From a bacterium (GTDB lineage Bacteria; Patescibacteriota; Gracilibacteria; JAUYGZ01): DNA of 64,000 bases. Positions 21,001 through 25,155 of this stretch are shown one piece after another. The notes below the pieces were generated by a model. The model had not been told where the DNA came from and searched no databases. It was given only the letters and a program-made list of their open reading frames with translations. The DNA is taken from positions 6,269-70,268 of the forward strand of contig JAUYGZ010000011.1 in the NCBI GenBank assembly GCA_030690415.1. Reading direction: 5' to 3'. How positions within the stretch are numbered: the first letter of the stretch is position 1; each line of letters starts with the position of its first letter. A program made the translations under genes and the position numbers.

Positions 21001-23824
21001 GAGACATAGCCTCCGAAAAATCACCAGAAGAATTGGTATCGTGCAGCGTGACCTCCGCCACTCGATCTTTCCCGGCTCCTCCAAAGACGGTTCGATAGAG
21101 GAGTTGGTTAGCACTATCCACCTGCTCTACGACAGGATCAAAATCAGATCCTAAAAGACACTGGTATTCGCTGGTCCGAAGAGGAAAAATCAGAGCGGGC
21201 ATCATCTGTCCAACCGCGTACAAACTCTTCTCATCGGGAAAAGGAAGGAGAGACCAGCCAAAATTTAAATCAGCGGGGGGAATACAAGAGGAAAGATCAG
21301 GGTGAATCCTCATCGCCATGGAAAGAGGAAATCCATGATCATATTCTTCGACTGAAAAGGAAACCCCTTTTGCCCCCAACATCTGATAATTCACATCCTT
21401 CAATTGTGTCCCATCAGGAAAAGCCTGATAGGCCAAAGGCTTATCAAACCCGATCTGACAAACTCCCAAATCGAGCAGAAGATCTCCCTGCTCCGTCACC
21501 TGAAGGCGTTCTGCCCCATTAAATCGAAGAATAATGTCATTCACTTCAGCCTCAGGAGCAATGGTAAACAATTGATCAAGCCCCACACCCTCTCCGAAAA
21601 TGTTCAGGTCAATACCGGGATACAGTGAAGAATACCGCAGCTCAAGAGTTGAAGGAATATCCTGATACCACCGCTCAGGCTGATCTCCCAGGACTCGGTA
21701 CAGAAGTGGTGGCGAGACTTGCTGATCTGAAGAATTTTCGACCGCGAGAATCTCTTCCGTCTGAGCACCAACAAATTGCTGCCGAATAGCCCCGAAAACA
21801 AAAGGTGATGAAGACATCTCGAGAATATTCGACTGCAGAGAGGAACCATCTTCACAGCTCAGATCAGCCGAAGACGATTCTGGAAGCTCCAGAAGAGTGT
21901 CTTTTGAAGCTTCTTCAGGGATCACGTCGGGCAAAGCCGACGGGTCTTTGCCTCCTTCATCAAGGACGGGTTCCGAGATGACAGACTGATCAGGCTCCTG
22001 GTTTAAACTCAACGCCTGGTATTCCTGAGCAACCTGAAGAGGAATAAACCAAGTCCCAATCAATTCACGATTCTGGAAAAAATAAGAAGCGCGATCTTTT
22101 TGTGCTCCAAACACAATACTGTCATCCCACTGCCCAAGATTTTTTTCAAAAAGAAAAGGCTGATCATAAAGAAAACTCAACTGGGCGGTATTCTGGGAAT
22201 CCTCCACCCTTTGATCAATTGGCATCAAAATATCCTGCTGCAGCAGAAGAGGAAAGGTCAAAACCTCGGGGTGAGTGATCCGAAGAATAAAACGACCATC
22301 CAAATACCTCGCCTCAATGACGCCCGAACGGATCTCTCCATATCCATCGATCAGCTGAGGGGGAGTAAACACAAAAGGTCGGGAATCCTGAAAGTTTTTC
22401 TTCCACACGAAAAATCCTCCATCAGCCATAGCTTCCACGTGATATTCCTCGGCTGACTGAATCTCCCGACTAAACTCATAAGCATCATTAAAACCATCTT
22501 TCAACAACACCCATTGCTTGAGGGCTCTTTGATCACGGTCGTAGAAATACGAAACACTCTCCGGTCGAGTTTGATTCGCGAAAACGACCATTCCGGAATC
22601 AAAGGAAGCATTGTATCCCTCTTGGGGAAGAAAGGAGAGCGTCTTCTGTTCGTCATCAAACCGCAAAGCATGAAGCCCAAGAGAAAAATCTTTTTTCACC
22701 ATAATCATAGCGTCACTCAGATCTCGAATAGCTTTCTGATGAAAGAGAAGAATAGAGTCTTCATTGTCCAAAAACTCCGGCCGCAGCTGCTTCAGTCGCT
22801 CACCATATTCTCCTTTTTGAGAAACGGATTCCTGAGAAGGCGCTGATTCGGATGGCAAACCTTCAGAGGGAAAGACTTCGGGTACTGAAGACTCATCTGG
22901 TGGAGTCTCGGCTGAATCAATGACGGCATCGGGAGCAATGACTTCATCCGGTGGAGTCTCAGCTGAATCAATCACGGCATCGGGGGCAATATCTTCAGCC
23001 GGTGGAGTCTCAGCTGAATCAATGATGACATCAGGAAAAATGACTTCATCCGGCGGAGTCCCGGCTGAATCAATCACGGCATCGGGGGCAATATCTTCAG
23101 CCGGTACCGAAGCGGGATCCCCCACCGAAGGCTCTACCGGGACTTCAACAACCTGAGCGGGAGCCTCAGACCATGAGAAAAATAATGCCGAGAAAAAGCC
23201 TGACAGTTTCCGAGAGAAGTTTTCAATAAAACCAACCGGCTCTTCAGAATTATCGGAAGGAGTCGGAGGTATCGTCTCAGGTGCTGATTCCTCCGGTACG
23301 GGAACTTCTGCTGGAACAGGATCTAAAATTTCTTCAGATGGAACGGTTTCATCGGGAAGCACATCAACGACCTCGTCAACAGCAGGCTCCGTCACGGGTT
23401 CCACCACAGGCTGCTCCGCGGGTCCAACGGAGTCTTCTGGGACAACGTCTGAAGGGCCCCCTTGAATATTCTCATCCTGCGCGGGAAGAGAACCCTCAGC
23501 AGGAGACGGTGAAGGAACAGCTTCTTCGAAAACATCTGGCGTAGGTAAAAAAAGCTCACGGTCATATTGACCCAAAAAATAATACTGTTCAGTCTCCTGA
23601 GCCCGATACCGCCGCAGATCATCCTCACTCTGGGGACTGAAATAATCTTCCTTCACCCCTCCAAAAGACGGCTCTTCCAACCAAGACTTCACGGGCTCAG
23701 GAAAAATTTGAGCGGAAAACCACCCGGAAAGAATTCCCTGAAAGGTGATAAATGTCACCAGGAAGACTCCCGCGAAAAAGAAGAAAAATCCTGCCTTCCG
23801 ATATGATTTACCCTGTCGCTTCAA
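2..23824 (-). CDS. Giant (>=7,941 aa, 3'-truncated by window edge) membrane-anchored surface/adhesin-like protein: N-terminal TM/signal, acidic Pro-rich region, beta-helix-like Gly/Thr/Asn repeats, DUF2341, six LamG domains
   Basis: Hand translation: TTG at 23824 (in-frame TAA upstream at 23860-23858) gives MKRQGKSYRKAGFFFFFAGVFLVTFITFQGILSGWFSAQ. The same frame reads ...PLYIGYNNYSTQYFNGSLDEVQIY (LamG C-terminus) at the left edge. Segments checked at 20.2-23.8 kb, 3.2-4.4 kb and 0-0.6 kb are open. The ORF track lists no long minus ORF here, as expected if there is no stop in the window. Confidence 0.9.
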   Translation of the reverse strand, partial: MKRQGKSYRKAGFFFFFAGVFLVTFITFQGILSGWFSAQIFPEPVKSWLEEPSFGGVKEDYFSPQSEDDLRRYRAQETEQYYFLGQYDRELFLPTPDVFEEAVPSPSPAEGSLPAQDENIQGGPSDVVPEDSVGPAEQPVVEPVTEPAVDEVVDVLPDETVPSEEILDPVPAEVPVPEESAPETIPPTPSDNSEEPVGFIENFSRKLSGFFSALFFSWSEAPAQVVEVPVEPSVGDPASVPAEDIAPDAVIDSAGTPPDEVIFPDVIIDSAETPPAEDIAPDAVIDSAETPPDEVIAPDAVIDSAETPPDESSVPEVFPSEGLPSESAPSQESVSQKGEYGERLKQLRPEFLDNEDSILLFHQKAIRDLSDAMIMVKKDFSLGLHALRFDDEQKTLSFLPQEGYNASFDSGMVVFANQTRPESVSYFYDRDQRALKQWVLLKDGFNDAYEFSREIQSAEEYHVEAMADGGFFVWKKNFQDSRPFVFTPPQLIDGYGEIRSGVIEARYLDGRFILRITHPEVLTFPLLLQQDILMPIDQRVEDSQNTAQLSFLYDQPFLFEKNLGQWDDSIVFGAQKDRASYFFQNRELIGTWFIPLQVAQEYQALSLNQEPDQSVISEPVLDEGGKDPSALPDVIPEEASKDTLLELPESSSADLSCEDGSSLQSNILEMSSSPFVFGAIRQQFVGAQTEEILAVENSSDQQVSPPLLYRVLGDQPERWYQDIPSTLELRYSSLYPGIDLNIFGEGVGLDQLFTIAPEAEVNDIILRFNGAERLQVTEQGDLLLDLGVCQIGFDKPLAYQAFPDGTQLKDVNYQMLGAKGVSFSVEEYDHGFPLSMAMRIHPDLSSCIPPADLNFGWSLLPFPDEKSLYAVGQMMPALIFPLRTSEYQCLLGSDFDPVVEQVDSANQLLYRTVFGGAGKDRVAEVTLHDTNSSGDFSEAMSPDTAVLHNSIDSYLLLSGETDSPNFPIRALMASGEIESIFPQPFELQVDGKGRLLFEGVDLFSVTQSVSLEIPEDHISEVPVDQVPLDQPRRPDEEQLPGEETPVLPGEGALVPPGQESSVPGEETVHGSAEELPTDVTVLPEEFLPNPEVLPPGEGQLPPDGVGVEGPVELVPDFSPEQLLSDLIDQIVVNPDPERYDLQFILLEQNLYEIRIIERSSGLLRASFQLDLTELLQQAQEEYSQEGPLPPGPPDPLIRGNSSGSEEIRSEGDSVSPEMAPVSPEPTTFFYGIRKAYAQGVSDERSNPKSVQNENGNSLKQFLQQGKFQFVPGLEVEGDETHVVFTKQRTVESARDRSLYLPNLNLAAGVFICPRLETNLLEEVTDDCPGRIVVQKDQIGVPFRVIDAVEGDVEILVDLVDQKGDLRPLDELMNDVTANYKITGTALSGAGIFGFLETSWLDLDAFSSLKEQVAASYEATLSVHPGTTPLVVGESEGSFFQGDFTLEELAQKKAPFPLEALSGLSEDQWFAKRYETFRKAIKPLVYQTQGFIERLFSNPTLDLSSVQDQRKYGRLSDGEAIALNLVEQQPVAAFQDDTVLQPLQEGEALVTFSKDFVGGIRYSGARGSMVLKPLTDDVYRVENHYGLLSFVNQEGANDIFSYFYDAQTRTQREWLVLHNRPAVPFQFQWALENPEQYQVLAGAQGGFLVIPRGVGAEGAFLVAAPFFIDAQGIRHDDQILFRYSEGVFTLKLQDQDTISFPIAIDPSVVIPGSTALAQQQVYPITVVSDGEGIPLAAKSVSVLINGEMADVQKGLSDASGQTSMILPTVSAGDVLSFFFDDGVHRAATVIVAGDTATALELVAGRVSIRSDMSVEFTNTLLALGSGSTTLSDFYSISPEGGLVLAEGMSLSIASGTVYRPGGDVSVTDLINEGTFYPEARTIHVSGSWINTNVFHAGTSTVIFEGDADGVIDSSEALHSGFYALQILGGARTLRSPLLVERNIDIRGGSLTGAFDVSIFGGNLFCSSDCSPAQVTLTDGALALDGGGVLGGEQMELSLHGLFLDGPTPGATVVESSLNISENITIGGAEMDRSLDLRSASQPMTVAGNLTIQEGAGLQLADGVEYVVSGDWVNRGSFEAGASKVVFAGPQASTIFGDNTWHDIESTELGKDMYFEAGKTQTTLGSFRIVGADGMNKENLIEVRSTRQGKLVYDGDQIKKDAEGNVVYDGEQWMLDPKGQIEISYVIWGGANNLSGQLIKVYPSFSHGDNTGFDLDPSWDSGCGSNYNWSCDNNWNPNGQPTSSDSVTWGVGSGSTPSIVDQNYLVLSVNVATAWLGGPLQITGGELTVTNDFNISGDATVNLGTQRLTVSGNLILGAGGQGIFAYTGTTTHGTQPMMRVAGNLQVGSIGTASSFQAPGDDNYLSVAGNITTPNGTFDANDGNLQLYGTTDQLVDSGVSVLNNLTLNNTGTSGTDDLVFSATNLDVNGVLWIDDGDLNATNVNVAKSLIVNAAGSLAVSGTWTFDGAGSHNLRTNSLNMGTVVYNRPSGSLHLVDTNFTASSLTITDGGFYEDGFNSTINGTLTVNGGTYYKSTGTTMVTGLTVAGGTFSGSSGAIDVNGSVSRTSGTLTLSSSTTNVTGDFTGSFTHGSGTVIFDGTSTQTINSASSFNNVTVSKTGTLSLSTNALAAAGTLTVSGGTYSPATLGTSVANLTVEGTGTFTGGSGMVTATGNVSRTAGTLTLPSTTTNVGGDFTGVFAHNSGSVVFNGGSAQAINSTSSFNNVTVSKTGTLSLSNDLTALGTLTITGGTYSPGGYFTSVTGLTTVSGTGTYLTPTAAQIFNGGLTISGGTYTGSTGALAVYGVMTFSSGALTAPSGLFLVNGNWNRTGGTFTPGTGTVIFDGAVFTTQTLNNVGSAFYSVSHAGAGTLALVSDLALANGGTLTQSAGIFDTETNSKAVTVGSSGTTSTLAITGGTWEGDGGTGANQNIVVWGPMSVSNATFKKSSNTLTAKTTLTAGLNSGSGTTTFTSGSGNIDVDSHFTIQKGVSETVSFTAPSGTLFVGGNWGKTAGTFNHNNGTVTFDGATPQSITGANTFYSFTKSVTTAATLTFPEGLTQAFVAGGTLTLNGAAGNLLSIRSSSLLGVQASINPQGTRSISYVDVQDNNNIHATAINPANSVDAGNTTNWFTDRISGRLYAADGTTPLTGKLVQLWVNGSATGGGNDTTDGSGDYLITGTSFTSGDVLTLFISGAAEDGVTVTISNAVILSGIDIYQNHLIVRDEDGVGGISNSDLEDSNGSFGSADLDSIYTTPGPLVLCEEPPCPVTIIVNSGKTLLVPSGHIFAPRDQLVVEGSTDIKGTLTLPSIGKGVVYSLFSGSFAISSGAVVNGGGFPMTFDGAISSAGTFTTTTDTMTVNGDFTRTAGTFTNSGSLTFAGTGTSTLSVNGVSVGSISVDGTSKTLQLGSAATVTTLVIGADDTVKTAGNILTATTHNIANGGVLEVRSGTDFTVTTPDTNSGKIRYVGNGNDTANNMSIRDSGATDYYNLEILSTDVSPTPDNFRLSLPLSVAGTFTISAGTFNANDQPVTSTGLVTVQGTSGAIYNAGGATQTFNGGLTVTRALFQGGAGIIDVTNVSISDESPLPPGDFHVSGNWVFDDTNGVLCVPSCGAKLTFDGSGTQTIAVPSERINELTHSGSGTLQALSALTILDSLAVSSGVLDLNGQNLTATGAIFSNTATVRDTLAGTILGLAQDPYSGTWLVAAAGSLRDLGATDYFDLDINPTSGTVSSSGTIVTTGDIDAQTGTFGGTADITVGGGDIGGAGVINMTGGKVTLPGSTLGGTGGPYTFNDVDLTGTGTTTAQGTITVNGALTVGDGTAHTLDLTTNDAILAVNNLTVAALGVVSASDTQPLTIFGNYTNNGSLTHNNGMVVFTSPTTDTILDAGQTYYDVTMNASGTYLLGDFFRVNHLATISQNTRIHATSGSYGIRFDGSVDIADSVNLSLEPTGDITITSGLDKIYSTGGKAGTLTIGEGAGGTVGFGTAATGVLQISTTIRDAITSGEITTLKVTGGTVDLNAIDFSSRVFNLTIDAGNIGLEQLTLATDQTLRLISTGTITDDNGSTNNVTIAGTGSVLFDAVTNVGTALAGDEIETSVQNLAARTVSGYGSIYVAEADDLVVGSVGGINGVSCVHSGLPAINACSVQANGGITLNQAISGTDIPIVLIADADNSGAGSLSGSGTLTTTTSGDISVRSSGVTSLGAITSVGGLTLDAGTTAPTYTAGGAISATTLTIAANVILDLNGRSLAMTTLVNNGALKLWGNESVTGGAAGDGEWVFRGDGVTNPMTLPNLTYETLTINDPTATTTFQPTATLNVGTLEITQGTFYQNGQTVTVTNPTTFILNGGTYNQSGTLNVSGDMDIQEGTFNGSSDPINITRDFIQGVTGTGGTFHSTSGTMTVGRNFNHPQGTFDANGGTVDFDTATTAVISGNTTWNNLSSVEAGGKSIQVATGSTQTINGALTLTGASGNVIALASNSAGVQWTIDHQGTESLSYVSVKDSACTVMPLSTAIDATDNGYDLGNNGVCWVFETLQLGEGPGFIPQTQLTTAQDLYSDVVGIDSGEIGAYWWTVGASNLMALNMPFNAGGTQTDFSGNGNTGTTYNMTTPNGYVSSGKVGGAMSFDGVNDYVSRSDDSDFDISSALSVSVWVNPASYDATNRFIVTKGNGAVAYNYTLFLRNTVGDVQFTGASSSRWDSPPTANQWNHIVIVADSTNSYAYLNGVKLTCTSGYTCGGLGSVNNDPLYIGYNGYSDNYFKGSLDEVQIYPRALSAAQVAQLCNDGDSDGDCSDGIDVGQGFGGPTLWSALETSVDNVWSLSVTPITSSGIVGSTVVSANTVEILPYAPITDLYLEDGVVTTLSTVEDLNALDPVPGLAGTDIGAYTWSVDPDAGDNPAENGTSPSANLMALNMPFHYGTTQTDFSGNSLNGTTVAVDYISGGSCKVGGCLRFDSVADVVGFGDPQIMEDVISGEDKKFSMSFWIKPSAVMTNNFIIAKAADSSCSQNQRSYLLRLGTGSKPEFLWYGALDGTSYRGVLGSTSVTNTSIWYHVVMTYDGTIDTNNGLDRVKIFVNNLLETTTLNLSFGSLLGAANGTAHFALGNMLTPSGSICGVGIPSFNGSIDEVQIYPRALSAAQISQLYTNGNAGNGGPTLWSALETSVDNVWNLSVTPITSSGVVGSTVVSANTVEIIPYAPITALQLGIDNGGFQQSTTATTVQDIWSNPTGLSLPDIGVYRWTVGASNLMALNMPFNEGGTQTDFSGNGNTGTATNMVSPNGYVSSGRVGGAMSFDGVNDYINVPHSAVNNFGKTDAFTGSAWVNVTDFATLRYIFAKQRVTSPYEGYDLQVATSGKIWVEMVDTAIKTKRIESNVALSTGTWQHVAFTYNGSGDASGVKIYINGVNIAVTVLYNDAFTADIKNTLPLLIGARDTVYQPMKGLIDEVQIYPRALSAAQISRLYTDGVAGFGAPTVLANAETFNGDVFNLIITPLANNGISGTAVTSANTVTIAPDVYLEDGLVEELNTLEVLNSTVDTLDPGSVGAYRWTTNGANVMALNMPFNSGATQTDFSGNGNTGTVTGAVYQSCQVGGCLNFNGTTNYVQTPSNSTLNMSGELTISAWVNLTAGGGRGIFEKTVGGVLNTDYSLFLSGTSTYFRIHNGTSYTDLIYAAQPSTGAWHHILAVNSVSGGYRKIYIDGVQVASGASSAMRTGGDGLSYIGRLATTGYYFSGKIDELQVYPRALSVAEIIQLCDDGDGDAANGTCNPPSGGAIGAGVGGPTAWVAAETVPEQLWGLTVTPISSAGVVGSTTASSNQILILGPDISGTCVDSYGGASCSTSYTVKVAVNGVLQAGKTTTDSDGSWTIPGVTASSGNVITVFLDGAEDSAEAVAVAKYLGAGEAMTGLELVRTHLTLGNGVSQTLSNAEVGSYINSADEDAFHGLDGSALTVNGDGGLTGRTLTILTGTTYQPGGVVNSGNIIVESGASFLSGANNVTASGSGDLTIAGVYTATGSSTINVDGSLILEATGALTLASNLLQVAVNWTNNGGGFTAGTSTVDFDTLGTSQIRGDNTFNNFKSEVASKALRFEENKTQTIGGVLALSGLATGTELSLDLIDGTLPWSFAVTAADQHVSYVSVSNANAMSHDIYAADSISGTGNDDADVPPTDQWIFSSMAISGTVYTNDPEASGTVISGKTVVVAVFDGSGTLVGTQTAETNMFGDYAIAVIPAWLLSGYRVTIFLDGETEKAVTVLKVNGVSVVDADLYVDHLVVRDETGTSITNADLDVAHDVADSDVDAIYMVDATVPTIQSGKELYIPSASTFAPGGNVNTHHIQNKGTLTAGANTITVGGNWINTGIFTAGTGTVTFTSTTAQTIDSTGATTSDFSTIAFNGVGGEWTMNSALTATTMDLLNGTAIMNSKNLSLTTLNNNGTLKLVGDETVAITMMDTDTGTVEYYGGGTYGALGAGNAYYDLSFTGTGSYDLSGALDVNGDLSLTGGGGAWYSGYSYRKSVTIDRTKVAATQSNFPILFSVTDLELKTVANGGYVTHANGYDIIFTDSSGNKLDHEIEKYVSTTGEFVAWVRIPTLSSIVDTSIYLFYGNGSVSTNPSVSGTWDSNFKGVYHMPNGTTLSVTDSTSNGYNGTNTAVTATTGQVDGAGNFNGTTAYVSTALVQPTNNFTFSAWVQTTTDHQIDTESTSTTTGTSGQRYVFWPGGYGSPNAGAGLSVGKNGISVYEHATSYMPPLAVYSGTIGTGFNHIAVRYVDKRPIIYLNGVLVRTGLLSPRTTVYAPNLFGSGFTGTYGAFPGVIDEVRVSSVTRSVEWILTEYRNQSSPSTFYSLGATTAASLLLNADSNMVTVSGDLVHQGGDFVSTGTVVFDSSVPHAVLGGNITTFTNVTISGSGALIGHPINMNVAGNFTNGGTFTHNSGTVTFTGSGTQLFNTGGGSSPFRNIVHSGSGTLQLVTNGLTALGTLTNSAGTVDLAGNALAVTGAVSNTGVIQLRGNESVTLSSGNDTTKGIWKYVGDGDGVQDTHAIKDFGAGVDYFSFTINDPNATKDIFSASAGNLDINGMFTETLGTFIAPVGSMNVAGDFTLASGTTFTKGGTLTLDGDLSFSDSTASNLGDLVVGHSPDTITLTSNLVADSLVIDAGDVLNANGYNLTITNSITINGTLNAATGASMISLGGNWTLNVTTGIFNAGSSTVTFTGTDQSLFGSTTFNNLSKTVSVAREMTFEEGKTQTINGALTLVGGADPNRLALRSTTSGTYWNIVSEGSRTLSNLDVRDSYNNSSTVIDVRGTGSIGYSQHNVRWIFDDFISGFIWLGTTSNAWNTGSNWSGGVVPGPSDVALFEASSNINCSVDVAVDVKGIDIQVPYSGTISQNAYTMAIGSDGLKQASGVFTGGSATITIGSAGNFNLSGGTFNAPSANFSVDGDWTRDGGVFNRGTGTVTFTGADSQVFGISETTFNHLSMTGTLTGHSTGMTVYGDWTNDGTFTHNSGTVTFAGASTILGSSTTTFNNIVIGAALTGHATNMNVAGNWTNNGTAFTHNSGTVTFTGTGTVLGTTQTMFNNLAISATGVLTGHATNMEVAGDWTNLGVFTHNSGMVTINGEVSSTSNISGSNTFFILKSIIPGKTIVFPAGQTQTFASGGKLVITGASGIGNAINLQSSDSVTPTPWNITHTDASVSVQYANVSNGGCVSSKDIQTGNSVNGGGNDACWLFPSLQLAGGSGSSTVFLPTSENLVRDFTQFSSQMIQAYQWTYNDGTAKKLMALNMPFNSGTTQSDFSGNGLNGTATNMVTPNGYVTSGRVGGAMSFDGTNDYISVSDANILDITSALTLSVWVYPTSFSTQKNIICKGDGNSSYNYCLYLTATNGYITLGGGTNPSSTIAPVLNQWSHIATTFNGATHRFYVNGTQVYQATGTLGAANAFPLYIGYNNYSTQYFNGSLDEVQIY
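3330..4365 (-). other. DUF2341 + LamG domain unit within the giant protein
   Basis: WYSGYSYRKSVTIDRTKV...NFPILFSVTD...GYDIIFTDSSGNKLDHEIEKY...GEFVAWVRIPTLS...TSIYLFYGN (DUF2341-like), followed by a LamG ending ...GVIDEVRVSSVTRSVEWILTEYRNQ. Confidence 0.75.
6620..10140 (-). repeat. Four tandem LamG cassettes with near-identical DNA borders (a fifth at 1-560)
   Basis: Block ccattcccactaaaatccgtctgcg...attaaacggcatattcaacgccatcag recurs at ~495, 7139, 8061, 9074 and 10056. Block gcgctgag.gc.cgggggtagatctggacttc.tc recurs at ~1, 7500, 8451 and 9531, with a diverged copy at ~6628. Confidence 0.85.
22890..23103 (-). repeat. 51-bp (17-aa) coding tandem repeat, ~4 copies, consensus DAVIDSAETPPDEVIAP
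   Basis: Direct reading: DAVIDSAGTPPDEVIFP / DVIIDSAETPPAEDIAP / DAVIDSAETPPDEVIAP / DAVIDSAETPPDESSVP. Confidence 0.9.
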
Positions 23825-23856
23825 ATGACGAAAATGATGTAATTTTATTTCTCTCC

Positions 23857-23865
23857 ATTATACCA
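23857..23865 (-). promoter_or_regulatory. Extended -10 promoter (TGgTATAAT) for the giant gene
   Basis: Minus strand reads TGGTATAAT about 33 nt upstream of the TTG start. Confidence 0.5.
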
Positions 23866-24020
23866 AAAAAAGCTTATCAAAGCTGACCCAAGATGGAAGG
23901 GACGACATGTGTTTTGATCATCGTCAAGAGGGTTTGGCTAGCATCTTTTTGCTGGAAATAAAGCCAAATAAAGGTATAATCAGAAATGAGCTCCTTGACA
24001 CCAGTCTCTCACCACCCTAT

Positions 24021-24196
24021 CGCCACACTCGTGGCGGAAAAATTGTCTGCCAGAGGCACCAGCCCGACACTCGTCTGGCGGGGATCCGCCTATGGCGGAA
24101 AAACTGAAAATTGTCTGCCAGAGGCAGATCCTCCTCCGGAGGAAAAACTGAAAATTGAAAATTGAAAATTGAAAATTCCCGACTACGTCGGGATCT
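24021..24196. repeat. Cluster of short palindromic repeats and a (gaaaatt)n heptamer run upstream of tmRNA
   Basis: aaaattgtctgccagaggca occurs twice; hairpins cgccac-actc-gtggcg, tccgcc-tat-ggcgga, tcctcc-tcc-ggagga and tcccgac-tac-gtcggga; gaaaatt x4. Confidence 0.8.
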
Positions 24197-24198
24197 CT

Positions 24199-24651
24199 GG
24201 GGTTGTACTTGGAATCGAGAGGGAGACTACCGGTTTTTTCAGTGCCATGTCGGGGTCGCGCTGTCCCCCGAGCGTTGACGAGCAATCGTCACGAAGATCC
24301 GTCCAGCGCAAAACTAAGTGCTAAAACTAATTTAGCTGCGATCAGAAACGCAATGCTTGGTGAACAACTGGCATCCGTGCCAGTAGCACCAGCTTTCGCT
24401 TTTGCCGCATAACCGTCTGACCGAAACTCGGACGTCGCTTCGCCTCAGACCTCTCCTATGAGGGTCGAAGTGTCACCTAGGAGGGTAAGGCTTCCGGTCT
24501 GTTCGCCCGGGATCACGAAAACCTTGAACTAAGCGAGTCGGGCTTTTTGTTTGTCTCTTATCCGACTCGTCGAAAATTCAGGACAACCTATCATGGTAGA
24601 TCTGTAAGACCGACTCCTTCCACGCGGGTTCGACTCCCGCCAACTCCACCA
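24199..24651 (+). ncRNA. ssrA: tmRNA (transfer-messenger RNA), ~453 nt
   Basis: 5' GGGGTTG pairs with 3' CAACTCC-ACCA including the G3.U alanine determinant; T-arm gcgggTTCGACTcccgc; internal tag ORF ending ...AFAFAA-TAA at 24412. Confidence 0.95.
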
Positions 24652-24878
24652 TTCGACTCGTCCTCGCTACGCTCAAACTCGCTCATGGTGTTCCACCCCT
24701 CTTTAGGAGTCGAATGCCCCGAGCGAAATGAAATGGAGTCGAGGGGCCATCGTCCTTGCTTCGCAAGTTCTCGCTCGGGGTCTCCGACCATCTCACCCTA
24801 TTCAGAGAGTCGAGGGCCTTGAGCGAGTGAAACGAGTCGAAAGGCATACGCTTAACTCATTAAGTATATGCCTTTCGA
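24647..24878. repeat. Array of four alternating palindromic repeats (stem-GAGCGA...GAGTCGA-stem) between the tmRNA 3' end and the GIY-YIG gene
   Basis: caccat-tcgactcg...ctcgctc-atggtg; gcccc-gagcga...gagtcga-ggggc; partial tcgtcct...ctcgctcggggt; gcctt-gagcga...gagtcga-aaggc; then a 12-bp inverted repeat tcgaaaggcata/tatgcctttcga. Confidence 0.8.
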
Positions 24879-25155
24879 TATTCCAAAAATAGAAAATCCC
24901 CATTTCGTATATCTAGCCCGATGTTCAGATAAGTCACTGTACGTTGGTTATTGTTCGAACATTACCAAAAGAGAAAAGGCCCACAATGAAGGGAAAGGAG
25001 CTTATTTCACTCGCAAAAGAAGACCGATAAAAATCATCTATTTCGAAAAATATTTATCGGAAATCGAAGCAATACGAAGGGAATTACAAATCAAGAAATG
25101 GTCAAGAATCAAAAAAGAAAATCTTGCAAAACATGGCCATCCAACCAAATTCTAA
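24868..25155 (+). CDS. Small GIY-YIG nuclease (UPF0213/YhbQ-like), 95 aa
   Basis: FVYLARCSDKSLYVGY...KREKAHNEGKGAYFTRKRRP...EAIRRELQIKKWSRIKKE, the typical GIY-YIG UPF0213 pattern. Confidence 0.92.
   Translation: MPFDIPKIENPHFVYLARCSDKSLYVGYCSNITKREKAHNEGKGAYFTRKRRPIKIIYFEKYLSEIEAIRRELQIKKWSRIKKENLAKHGHPTKF

Noticed and set aside
8..23806. Dozens of 60-280 aa ORFs listed on both strands across the first 24 kb
   Set aside because: They are antisense or off-frame shadows of the single giant minus-strand ORF and show no protein-family motifs.
24775..24791. tcggggtctccgacca resembling a tRNA-Pro acceptor minihelix or att remnant
   Set aside because: The match is only about 10 nt and overlaps a repeat arm, so it cannot be distinguished from chance.
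24203..24822. ORFs 24203-24412, 24547-24822 and 24591-24791 as proteins
   Set aside because: They overlap tmRNA and the repeat array; only the tag portion 24320-24412 is meaningful.
24021..24878. CRISPR array near tmRNA
   Set aside because: Repeats are degenerate, alternate in orientation and lack regular unique spacers; there are no cas genes.
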